Shown one piece after another: positions 22,970-30,644 of a stretch of 64,000 bases of DNA. A program made the position numbers and the translations under genes. Numbering within the stretch: the first letter of the stretch is position 1; every line of letters starts with the position of its first letter. Below the pieces are notes generated by a model that saw nothing but the letters and a program-made list of their open reading frames with translations, ran no database searches and had not been told where the DNA came from. The DNA is taken from contig JBCCWC010000003.1 in assembly GCA_039194325.1 (NCBI GenBank), positions 64,001 through 128,000 on the forward strand, given 5' to 3'. The stretch is from Myxococcota bacterium. Its GTDB lineage: Bacteria > Myxococcota_A > Polyangia > Nannocystales > Nannocystaceae.

Positions 22970-24343
22970 GTGTCGGGATCGCGAACAGCACGTCGGCTCC
23001 GTATCGTCGTCCTCGCCGGGCTCAGTAGCGCCACGGGGGTCATCGGGTGCGGCACGGAAGCACCCATCCCCACGCCGGCCCCCGCCAAGCCGATCGCACC
23101 GGTCGAGCCGACTCGCCCTAGTCCCTCGATCAAGTTCGACGTGGGCGCAGTGCCGAAGCTGGCCATACCGGCCGATCCGACCGTGCAGGCCGAGCTCCAC
23201 GAGCAGCTCGCCGATCACAAGGCGGCCAAGTCGTCGCTGTCCTCCCCTGGCGCAGTGCTGCGCTTCTATGAGCAACGGCAGGAGAAACCGGCCTGGCTCG
23301 AGGGCCGACAGATCACCGCCGTGGGGGTCGATGCGCTACGCGGACTGAGCCAGCTGTCCATTCATGGGCTCGACCCGAGCCGCTACGGACTCGATGGGCT
23401 GGCCCCCCGCGGAGCTGAGCCCGATGATCCCGCGGCTTTCGAGCTCCAGCTAACCGACGCGTGGCTGACCGCGGCCGCGCACCTAAGGGGACGAGTCGAT
23501 CCCCGAACGCTCCGCACGACCTGGACGGCCGATGGCCGAGCGCAAGAGCTCGCCCAAGCCCTGGAGACCGCGCTGGCCGAGGGCAAACCCCAGGAGGCAC
23601 TGCTTGCCCAGGCGCCCGCGCACCCCGAATATGTAGCGCGGGTTGCCGCGCTACAAGCACTGCTCGACGAGACGAACAAGGGCGACGTACCCAAGCCGAC
23701 GCAGCGCCTGCTGGAGCAGCTCCCCGTAGACCTCGAGCGCCTCCGCTGGCTGCCGCGCGAGCCGGCAGCCCGCCCGGCAGCCCGCTACATGTGGATCGAT
23801 CTGGGAGCGGGGCAGGCGACCCTGTTCGAAGGCACGAAGGCGGATCCAACCACCCGAGTGGCCGTGAGCAAGCAGTGCCGGAATGTCGACTCGCACGGCG
23901 TCACGATCACCGAGGTGATACGCAACCCCGAAGACCCTCGCTACGGAACGCACGAGCTGCGCACGTCGGGAGCGCCCGCCTTGGTGCTGCATGGAGCCCC
24001 GGAGGATCGAGCATTCCCGAACGACGGCGTGGCGCGAGCGGGGTGCTGGCGGCTGGAGGATCCCGAGGTGCTGACTCAGGCGCTGTTGCGAGGAGATCCG
24101 GCGTCCGCTCGGGATGCAGCCGCCACCCCGCCGGACGAGAAGACCCCGCAGGTGATCGAGCTGGATCCGCCGGTGACCCTGCACGTGGTTCGTACCTCGG
24201 TGCTCGTCGATCATGCGGGCAAGCCAACGCTGCTAGAAGGCGCCTACGCCCAATCGGCCTCGCTGCGAAACGCCCTGGCCGAGGGCCCCGCACGCCGTCG
24301 CAGACCCCACAAGAAGTCTCCGCTCGCTACCAAGCCCCGGTAG
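22970..24343 (+). CDS. L,D-transpeptidase (YcbB/LdtD-like) lipoprotein, divergent
   Basis: Scaffold 'FYEQR..KPAW', 'HGLDP..Y', 'LERLRWLP'; catalytic-like 'LHG...AGCWRL'; lipobox VIGC. Confidence 0.65.
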   Translation: MSGSRTARRLRIVVLAGLSSATGVIGCGTEAPIPTPAPAKPIAPVEPTRPSPSIKFDVGAVPKLAIPADPTVQAELHEQLADHKAAKSSLSSPGAVLRFYEQRQEKPAWLEGRQITAVGVDALRGLSQLSIHGLDPSRYGLDGLAPRGAEPDDPAAFELQLTDAWLTAAAHLRGRVDPRTLRTTWTADGRAQELAQALETALAEGKPQEALLAQAPAHPEYVARVAALQALLDETNKGDVPKPTQRLLEQLPVDLERLRWLPREPAARPAARYMWIDLGAGQATLFEGTKADPTTRVAVSKQCRNVDSHGVTITEVIRNPEDPRYGTHELRTSGAPALVLHGAPEDRAFPNDGVARAGCWRLEDPEVLTQALLRGDPASARDAAATPPDEKTPQVIELDPPVTLHVVRTSVLVDHAGKPTLLEGAYAQSASLRNALAEGPARRRRPHKKSPLATKPR

Positions 24344-24406
24344 CGTTCATTGCCGTGCAGGCGAGAGCTCGGGCGACCAGGGCCTCGTGGGGCGGGCTCA
24401 GAGGTC

Positions 24407-24445
24407 GTGTTCATCACCCGTGTTCATCACCCATGTTCATCACCC
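24407..24445 (-). repeat. three 13-bp tandem repeats (GGGTGATGAACAY) at the slyD 3' end
   Basis: Directly visible. Confidence 0.85.
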
Positions 24446-24909
24446 ATAGAGGCGTGACCTTGCTCGAGCTCGCTGTCGGTCGCGTCGCGGACGCTCAGGA
24501 TCTCCACGTCGAAGTGGAGCGTAAACCCCGCCAAGGGGTGGTCGGACGAGAGCATCACGACATCATCGGAGACCGAGTCGACCCATAGCTGGAGCTGTTG
24601 GCCGTCGTCGTTCTCGACGATGAGAGGCATACCCGGCTGTGGCTCTACGCCTTCGAACGCATCCCGGGGCACCGGCTGTGGAGGCTGGCCACTCTTTTCA
24701 CCATAGGCCTCCTCGGGAGCCACGACCACCTGGAGCCGGTCGCCCGCCGCCTTGCCTTCGAGCTGTCTCTCCAGGCCGGGCACGATGTTCCCGGCTCCGT
24801 GCAGGTAGGGCATCGGTTCGCCTCCACGGGAGGTGTCGATCTCGTCACCGTCGTCGGCGGTCAGCGTGTAGTGGATGAGGGCGACCTTCTTGGCGGCGAT
24901 GATGCTCAT
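24427..24909 (-). CDS. slyD: FKBP-type peptidyl-prolyl isomerase SlyD
   Basis: '[18 protein letters not shown]', 'PEEAYGE', '[25 protein letters not shown]'. Confidence 0.9.
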   Translation of the reverse strand: MSIIAAKKVALIHYTLTADDGDEIDTSRGGEPMPYLHGAGNIVPGLERQLEGKAAGDRLQVVVAPEEAYGEKSGQPPQPVPRDAFEGVEPQPGMPLIVENDDGQQLQLWVDSVSDDVVMLSSDHPLAGFTLHFDVEILSVRDATDSELEQGHASMGDEHG

Positions 24910-24959
24910 GGTCCTGGCGGTGTAACATGGCCCGAGCGCGGCCAGCGGGACCATCGCGA

Positions 24960-25952
24960 TCACCGAGTAGGATATGCATAGTCGCAGTCGGCGCCCGCAC
25001 AGCGCTCGTTGTGACGCTCGATGCCTCGCTGGAGATCCGCGGGCGAGAAATCGTCGTGCAGCACCTGGCCCACCGAGTCATCCCAGTCGCAACCGAGGTA
25101 CCAACGGGCAGCCAGGCCGCGTAGATCGAAGTCGAAGGCCGGCTGGGCGGCGCGGGCATTGGCCTGCATCTGATAGGTGCTGACCGCTTGCTCGGCGGCC
25201 GAGGCCACGAAGATCGTCTGCCGCCCCCGCTCGGTGTGAAACGAGTAGCCCTGCGGGAACACGTGCGCGAAGGTGGTGCGATCGTGCTTGTACATGGGGG
25301 TGGCATTGTGAAGGTTGGCCACCACCACCCCCTGGTCGGTGAGGTGAGAGAGCAGCGTCTGGTAGTACTCGGCCGTCTTGAGGTGCAGCGGCACGAACAC
25401 CCCGCGAAACGCATCGAGCAGGATCATGTCCCAGCCCGGCTGGGAGGGTGCCTGCTCCACGAAGAGCCGGCCGTCGGCCGCGTGGGTGCGGTAGCGCGGG
25501 CTGTCGGGCACCCCGAAGTACTTGCGGGCCAGCCGGATCACCTCGGCGTCGATGTCGACCCCGTCGATCTCAAGGCCGGGCACGTGCTCGAACAGGTAGT
25601 TACTGATCTGCCCCCCGCCAAAGCCGATCATCAGCAGGCGTCGGGGCTGCGGCTGGAGCATGAAGCCCGCCATCATCGTGCGGGTGTAGTCGAGGTCGAG
25701 GCTGCGCGGGTGACCACGATCGAGCCGCGACTCGATATAGTAGGTGCCGTCGACCACGAAATACATGGTGATCACGTCGCCCTCCTCGGCCACCACGATG
25801 TGGTTGTAGGGCGACCGAGCCTCCTCGAGCACCGTCTCGCGCGGAGACAGCACCGCCCGGGCGGAGCGAGCCCGGTAAAGAGCCGAGGCGGCCACGCCGA
25901 GGCCGGCGGTCGCGGTCGCACCCATCAGCCAGGCTCGGCGGGTCGTGGTCAT
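24960..25952 (-). CDS. spermidine-synthase-like SAM-dependent methyltransferase with Tat-like signal
   Basis: 'LMIGFGGG', 'VDIDAEV', 'ADGRLFV', 'ILLDAF'; N-terminus TRRAWL + hydrophobic segment. Confidence 0.8.
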   Translation of the reverse strand: MTTTRRAWLMGATATAGLGVAASALYRARSARAVLSPRETVLEEARSPYNHIVVAEEGDVITMYFVVDGTYYIESRLDRGHPRSLDLDYTRTMMAGFMLQPQPRRLLMIGFGGGQISNYLFEHVPGLEIDGVDIDAEVIRLARKYFGVPDSPRYRTHAADGRLFVEQAPSQPGWDMILLDAFRGVFVPLHLKTAEYYQTLLSHLTDQGVVVANLHNATPMYKHDRTTFAHVFPQGYSFHTERGRQTIFVASAAEQAVSTYQMQANARAAQPAFDFDLRGLAARWYLGCDWDDSVGQVLHDDFSPADLQRGIERHNERCAGADCDYAYPTR

Positions 25953-26066
25953 GGAAGCGGGAGGATAGCAATCCCCGTCGCCAGCAAGATCACCACGCTT
26001 GCGCAGACGACCCAAAAGGGCGACCTGGACCCGAATCGGCGAAGGTCCAGGCCGCAACCGCGGGGC

Positions 26067-27827
26067 TCAACCAGCCGTCATGACCACGCGGAAACCCAGC
26101 TTGACGTTCTTGTAGGCTCCCCAGCAATGGTCTGCGATGGGACCCTCCCAGTAGCGTCCAGAGATCCAGCCCTGCTCCTGGCACCACTCATAGGCGTCCC
26201 ATGCGTCGATGAATCCGAGCCCTTGATGCGTCGCCCATGGGATCTCGGAGCTCCATCGAGCAGACGGTGGGAAGTCTTTGATCCAGCGCTTGCGTCCGCC
26301 GTTGCTAGCGCCGCCATCATCTGGAAACTCGGGGATCTCCTGGCTTGGCTCTTCGAATCGAGGCTCGGACCACCGCACGGCCGAAGGAGGGACGATGCCT
26401 CCGATCGGACGAGGAGGCCAGCTCTCCCAGGGAAAATCCTGGTAGGAGAGGTGCTCGTAGTGCTTGGACAAGAACGGCCGTATCGCCCGATGTTCCTTGC
26501 AAGAAAGCAACCGCAAGGGCACCCCGAGCAGGCGCTCCTTCCACGCGCAAAATGCTTGTGCATCTCGCCACGACGCGCCAACGGGGACGTCAGCAGGCTC
26601 TCCAAGGTTCGCGCGCTCCCAAGCGTCTCCTTCCCGCCGCGCAAGATAGTCCATTTCTTCGAGCATTCTTCGGAATTCAGAGACTGACACGAGGTTGCTA
26701 ATCAAGAGACGCTGGCCCGAGATCTCTACCTCGCGAAATCCGGCGGGCGGATCGTCATCCCACGTGGAATGCTCGGGGAGCATCGGAGTACCTTGAGCTC
26801 GAAGGAAGAGCTCCACGACGGTGCCCGATGGAGTATTTCGTCGCTCTTGTGGGCTCCCGCCTCGATCGTAGAAGTGCTGCTCTGCAGCATGCGCTTCTTG
26901 CTCTCGCCACACATTGCACCTAAAGTAGAGCAGACGCTCGAGATCGGTCTCTTGCCGGAGGTTCGCCGGGAGATCCATGGTGTGCAGACCATGAGACCCT
27001 GTATTCTCGACCTGAGGAGGCGGCGCATCCCTCAGATCCTTCCACAGGATGTCGTAGCCTCCGTTCGACGCCCGGAGAAACGCCAAGCGATCATTATACG
27101 GCAGGATGTCCACCCAGCCGACGTCAGCACCATCGAACACGGCACGAAAGACCTGGACCAGCCCGCGTAGTGTGAGCATGCTTTCTCGTCGTGTCTCGGG
27201 GCTCGAGTCTGCGGTGAAGTAGGTCTTGTCGACGATCTTCTCCAATGGACCATCGACGAGCTTGTCATCGAGAAACCCCCACTGCCCAAACAGACCGTTT
27301 CGGCCCTTGAGCAGCCACTTGATCGCGTCTTCGCGGTTCTTCACCACGAGATCGTGATACTGGTACCAATGCACCGTGGGCCACATTCTCTGGGCTCGGC
27401 TCTGCCATGCGTCCCAATCGACTCCCACACCGAGGAACACACGGCGTGGAGCGGGCGCTGGACCAAGGAAATACCGATCGGACAAACACTGCCGCGTCGG
27501 TCTACTCGATGGACCAAAGGACAACACCGTCGCGTCCCACGGGAGCGCGAACGCGTTCATTTGCTGCTCGCAGCCATGCTCACGCAAGAACTGATGCAGA
27601 CGAGGCCAGTGTGTGCGTTTATAGTCGCCAAAGTCGCCCTTGAACCCGAGAGCACCGACGATGGCATTGAGGCCAGTCGTGTGCTTGAGCGGCTCTTCCG
27701 GGTACAGCACCGCTCGCATGCGAGCCTTTTTCAATGCCTCCGGTTCTAGTCCAGTGATAGGAATTGCGTGACCATCACGGAGCAGTAGCCACCCCAGTGC
27801 AGGGTGATTGTTGTCATGTTCAGACAT
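26067..27827 (-). CDS. uncharacterised protein: small helical N-domain + C-terminal FGE/SUMF1-like domain
   Basis: 'VSVSEFRRML', 'PVGASWRDAQAFCAW...LRLLS..E', 'EWC', terminal 'GFRVV'; SD GAGG; visibly more A/T-rich than flanks. Confidence 0.75.
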   Translation of the reverse strand: MSEHDNNHPALGWLLLRDGHAIPITGLEPEALKKARMRAVLYPEEPLKHTTGLNAIVGALGFKGDFGDYKRTHWPRLHQFLREHGCEQQMNAFALPWDATVLSFGPSSRPTRQCLSDRYFLGPAPAPRRVFLGVGVDWDAWQSRAQRMWPTVHWYQYHDLVVKNREDAIKWLLKGRNGLFGQWGFLDDKLVDGPLEKIVDKTYFTADSSPETRRESMLTLRGLVQVFRAVFDGADVGWVDILPYNDRLAFLRASNGGYDILWKDLRDAPPPQVENTGSHGLHTMDLPANLRQETDLERLLYFRCNVWREQEAHAAEQHFYDRGGSPQERRNTPSGTVVELFLRAQGTPMLPEHSTWDDDPPAGFREVEISGQRLLISNLVSVSEFRRMLEEMDYLARREGDAWERANLGEPADVPVGASWRDAQAFCAWKERLLGVPLRLLSCKEHRAIRPFLSKHYEHLSYQDFPWESWPPRPIGGIVPPSAVRWSEPRFEEPSQEIPEFPDDGGASNGGRKRWIKDFPPSARWSSEIPWATHQGLGFIDAWDAYEWCQEQGWISGRYWEGPIADHCWGAYKNVKLGFRVVMTAG

Positions 27828-27995
27828 GGTCGTCCTCGATTGCCGAACCGAGTCCCCGGTAGACCGCCAGGTTGGGACTCGAGGTTGGCCAGAGGGCCGT
27901 GTCTGAGATTGTGGTTTGAGGTGAGAGAAAAGTGCAGGGCTTTCTTGCAGCGCTGGCGGCTCCGTCGCCCCAGTGGTGCCCATGCGGACCGGACT
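27828..27995 (-). ncRNA. candidate structured leader/ncRNA (pseudoknot) upstream of the FGE-like gene
   Basis: Stem CGAGTCCC/GGGACTCG whose loop holds CTGGCGG, complementary to CCGCCAG ~85 nt upstream. Confidence 0.45.
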
Positions 27996-27998
27996 GTC

Positions 27999-28027
27999 AG
28001 GATGATGGACGCCCGCGGGCTTGTCAA
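27999..28027 (-). promoter_or_regulatory. sigma70-like promoter TTGACA-N17-CATCCT
   Basis: Perfect -35 at 28027-28022, 17-nt spacer, -10-like CATCCT at 28004-27999. Confidence 0.55.
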
Positions 28028-28047
28028 GCGGCCGTGGTGAGCCTAGA

Positions 28048-28272
28048 TCAGCGAGCAAAGATCCGCTGCCGTGCCTCTGACCAAGGAACCGGCGTCACTT
28101 CTCCGCCCTCGAGCGCATCGACCCGCTGCTTGATCTCGTCGCGCCACGCGTGTTCGACGTCGAGCGGGTCCTCTCCGCCTGTACTCTCTAGCAGGGCCAC
28201 CGCGAGAGCTTCCCGCTCCTGCTCGGGAAGCTCAAGTGCTGCCTGAAGGAGCTGCCGGGCCGCGCTGGTCAT
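28048..28272 (-). CDS. addiction-module antitoxin, orphan
   Basis: 'LLQAALELPEQEREALAVALLES...AWRDEIKQRVDALEGG...PWSE'. Confidence 0.85.
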   Translation of the reverse strand: MTSAARQLLQAALELPEQEREALAVALLESTGGEDPLDVEHAWRDEIKQRVDALEGGEVTPVPWSEARQRIFAR

Positions 28273-28377
28273 CGTGCTTCGATCATAGCAGGCGGCGGCT
28301 CTGCGAGCGACGCACCACCGCCATGAGCCGCGAGCCGTCCCATTCGCCCGAAAATTGGCCCAGCCTCTGACCCATGC

Positions 28378-28938
28378 TTGAGTGACTTCGTGCAACGCGT
28401 TGCCGCCAGCCTCGGAATCCTGGCCATGGCCGCGGCCCTGGGGGCCATGGCCGTGGGGCAGCTGGTCGTCTTGCCCGGGCTCAACAGCCAAAGCAACCTG
28501 GTCGACGCCAACCTGCTGACTCGGGTGGCCACGCCGATCCACCTGCGCTGCACCGAGATCGCTCTGGTGGGCTCGGTGCTGCTACTTGGCCTGGTGTCCA
28601 CCTGGCTGCGCTCCCGCCTGGCCGCCACGCTCGCGCTACTGGCCGTGATGGGCACCGGGGTACTGCGCCTGGTGCTCTTGCCTTCGCTCTACGAGGCTTG
28701 GGCCCGGGTCGACCGAGTGGCTCTGCTACCACACGACCGGTTGCTCCATGCCCAGGACATCGCCGACGAGGCGTACTGGCTGGGCCTGGGTAGCATCACG
28801 ATGCTGGTGATGCTCGCCGTGCTCGCCGGGCTGCACTGGGTTGTGCCGGTGCCCGAGCGCAAGCGACCCCAAGACACGCCTACGCTCGACGCGGACGTCC
28901 GCAGCACCGACGAGAGCGTGATCGCCAACGCGGCGTGA
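28378..28938 (+). CDS. four-TM hypothetical membrane protein
   Basis: Four hydrophobic segments, host-like codon bias, TTG start. Confidence 0.65.
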   Translation: MSDFVQRVAASLGILAMAAALGAMAVGQLVVLPGLNSQSNLVDANLLTRVATPIHLRCTEIALVGSVLLLGLVSTWLRSRLAATLALLAVMGTGVLRLVLLPSLYEAWARVDRVALLPHDRLLHAQDIADEAYWLGLGSITMLVMLAVLAGLHWVVPVPERKRPQDTPTLDADVRSTDESVIANAA

Positions 28939-28986
28939 CGGGCAGGCCCGAGTCGCGCCTAGAGCGCCCTACGCGACTCAGACCTC

Positions 28987-29268
28987 ATGGTTTATAGTCT
29001 CGTTGCCTTGACCGCCGACGTACAGGACATCCTTGATGCCGCGCTGAGGCTGCCGGACGATGTAAGGGCCGAGCTTGGGGCCATACTTCTCGACAGCGTC
29101 GGCGATGGCTCGTCCGCAGCCGAGATCGAGGAAGCCTGGGATGTAGAGATCGAGCGCCGCCTCGAAGCGGTCCGCTCGGGCCGAGCTCGGCTGATCCCTT
29201 CCGAGGATGTGGAGCAAGAGCTAGAGGACATCATCAACGGAGTGAGCGAGTCGCGACGTACTGGCTGA
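28987..29268 (+). CDS. addiction-module antitoxin
   Basis: 'ILDAALRLPDDVRAELGAILLDS...AWDVEIERRLEAVRSG'; directly upstream of the toxin. Confidence 0.85.
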   Translation: MVYSLVALTADVQDILDAALRLPDDVRAELGAILLDSVGDGSSAAEIEEAWDVEIERRLEAVRSGRARLIPSEDVEQELEDIINGVSESRRTG

Positions 29269-29272
29269 GTCA

Positions 29273-29665
29273 ATGCGAGTGGTTCTAACGATCGAAGCTC
29301 AACTGGAGCTTCGCGAAGCCACCAAGTGGTACTCGGCACGCTCCCGTGACGTTGCTCGTCGCTTCATGAAGGCTTACCGACACGCGAGGGACCTGGCTGC
29401 ACGAGCACCAACACGATGGCCACAGGTGGAGCATAATGCTCGACGCGTGCTTTTTCATGGATTTCCCTATTCATTGTTGTACGAAATCAAGGACAATCAG
29501 GTCGTCGTTTTGGCTATCAAGCACCACAAGCGGCGCCCGGGTTACTGGAAAGGGCGATGGATCCGATGGTCCGAGGCTGGGCTGGGACATCATCCCGCTC
29601 AGCCGCAGGGCGGTACGTCGGCCGGCGTGTCGGTCGGCTCGCCAAAGTGGTACAGCGCCCCGTAG
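29273..29665 (+). CDS. RelE/ParE-family toxin
   Basis: 'AQLELREATKWY', 'RRVLFHGFPYSLLY...VVVLAIKHHKRRPGYW'. Confidence 0.9.
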   Translation: MRVVLTIEAQLELREATKWYSARSRDVARRFMKAYRHARDLAARAPTRWPQVEHNARRVLFHGFPYSLLYEIKDNQVVVLAIKHHKRRPGYWKGRWIRWSEAGLGHHPAQPQGGTSAGVSVGSPKWYSAP

Positions 29666-30642
29666 TTGCCCCCGGCCTTGAACAGGTCGCCGCCGGTGAG
29701 CACCACCGAGCCCTCATGGCCGCGCACGGCGTGGAAGTGCTCGCGGGTGGTCTTGGACTCGGGGCACTCCCATGCGCCGTCGCGATAGACCCCCAGGCCC
29801 CCGAAGAAGCCGGCGATCCACACGTCGCCCTCGGGGGAGACCCACACGCCGTTGAGGCCTCCGGTGGCGCATAGCGGATCGACCGCGACCGATTCCCACG
29901 CCCCACTGGCCCAGTGCAGCACCACGGGCTGCTGCGAACCCCCCACGGCCCACACATCGTCGGATGACGTGCCGTGCACGGTGAGTAGGCGCTCGCCGTT
30001 GGGCGGAAAATGCTCGACCAGGGTGTCACCCTCGAGCGTCCACGCCACGCCGATCCCCACCAGCCACCGATCCCAAACCTTGAAGACGACGCCGGGAAGA
30101 TCCTGCGCCAGGGCAGTCCACTGCCCGCCGCCATCGCGCACCCAGACCTCGCCCAGCTCGGTCTCCCAAACGTCGCCCCCCACGGCGACGACGCGATCCC
30201 CCTGATCGAAGACTCCGTAGAGCACGGCTTCTGTCGACACGCTTTCGTCGGTGCGGGTACCGGCTTGCTCGTGCACGATCGTCCCCGCCTCGCCCACCGC
30301 GTACCACTCATCGGCCGAGGGCGCGTCGATCCACCACAGGGTATGGGTGGTGACGTCGTTGTCACGACACAGCACGCCGTCGCGGTAGCGCACGAGATAG
30401 CCCGGACCGCCAGGGTTGACGCCCGGCTCCGAGGACAGGTCGCCCCCGACCATCACGAGCTCGTCGCCCACGTTGGCCGCCGACAGCAGCACCCCGCCCT
30501 GGATGTTGGTGGCCAGATCGGACCACTGTTGCTCGACGGGCTCTTCGCCCGACTCTTCGCCCGGCGTGGAGGGGCAGCCCAGCAGCCCGGCCAGCAAGAG
30601 CACGAAAGAGACGCGGGACGAACGATGATGACGGTAGTGCAT
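29599..30642 (-). CDS. lipoprotein with beta-propeller-like repeats
   Basis: Lipobox LLGC; repeated 'W/V-AVG' blades. Confidence 0.7.
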   Translation of the reverse strand: MHYRHHRSSRVSFVLLLAGLLGCPSTPGEESGEEPVEQQWSDLATNIQGGVLLSAANVGDELVMVGGDLSSEPGVNPGGPGYLVRYRDGVLCRDNDVTTHTLWWIDAPSADEWYAVGEAGTIVHEQAGTRTDESVSTEAVLYGVFDQGDRVVAVGGDVWETELGEVWVRDGGGQWTALAQDLPGVVFKVWDRWLVGIGVAWTLEGDTLVEHFPPNGERLLTVHGTSSDDVWAVGGSQQPVVLHWASGAWESVAVDPLCATGGLNGVWVSPEGDVWIAGFFGGLGVYRDGAWECPESKTTREHFHAVRGHEGSVVLTGGDLFKAGGNYGALYHFGEPTDTPADVPPCG

Positions 30643-30644
30643 GG

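Noticed and set aside
26067..26300. Diversity-generating retroelement target (FGE/C-type-lectin C-terminus)
   Set aside because: I found no template repeat copy of the 3' end and no reverse transcriptase in this window; a remote DGR cannot be excluded
29560..29665. C-terminal extension of the RelE/ParE toxin overlapping the convergent lipoprotein gene
   Set aside because: Most simply a lost stop codon after the usual 'RRPGYW' end; no evidence of function
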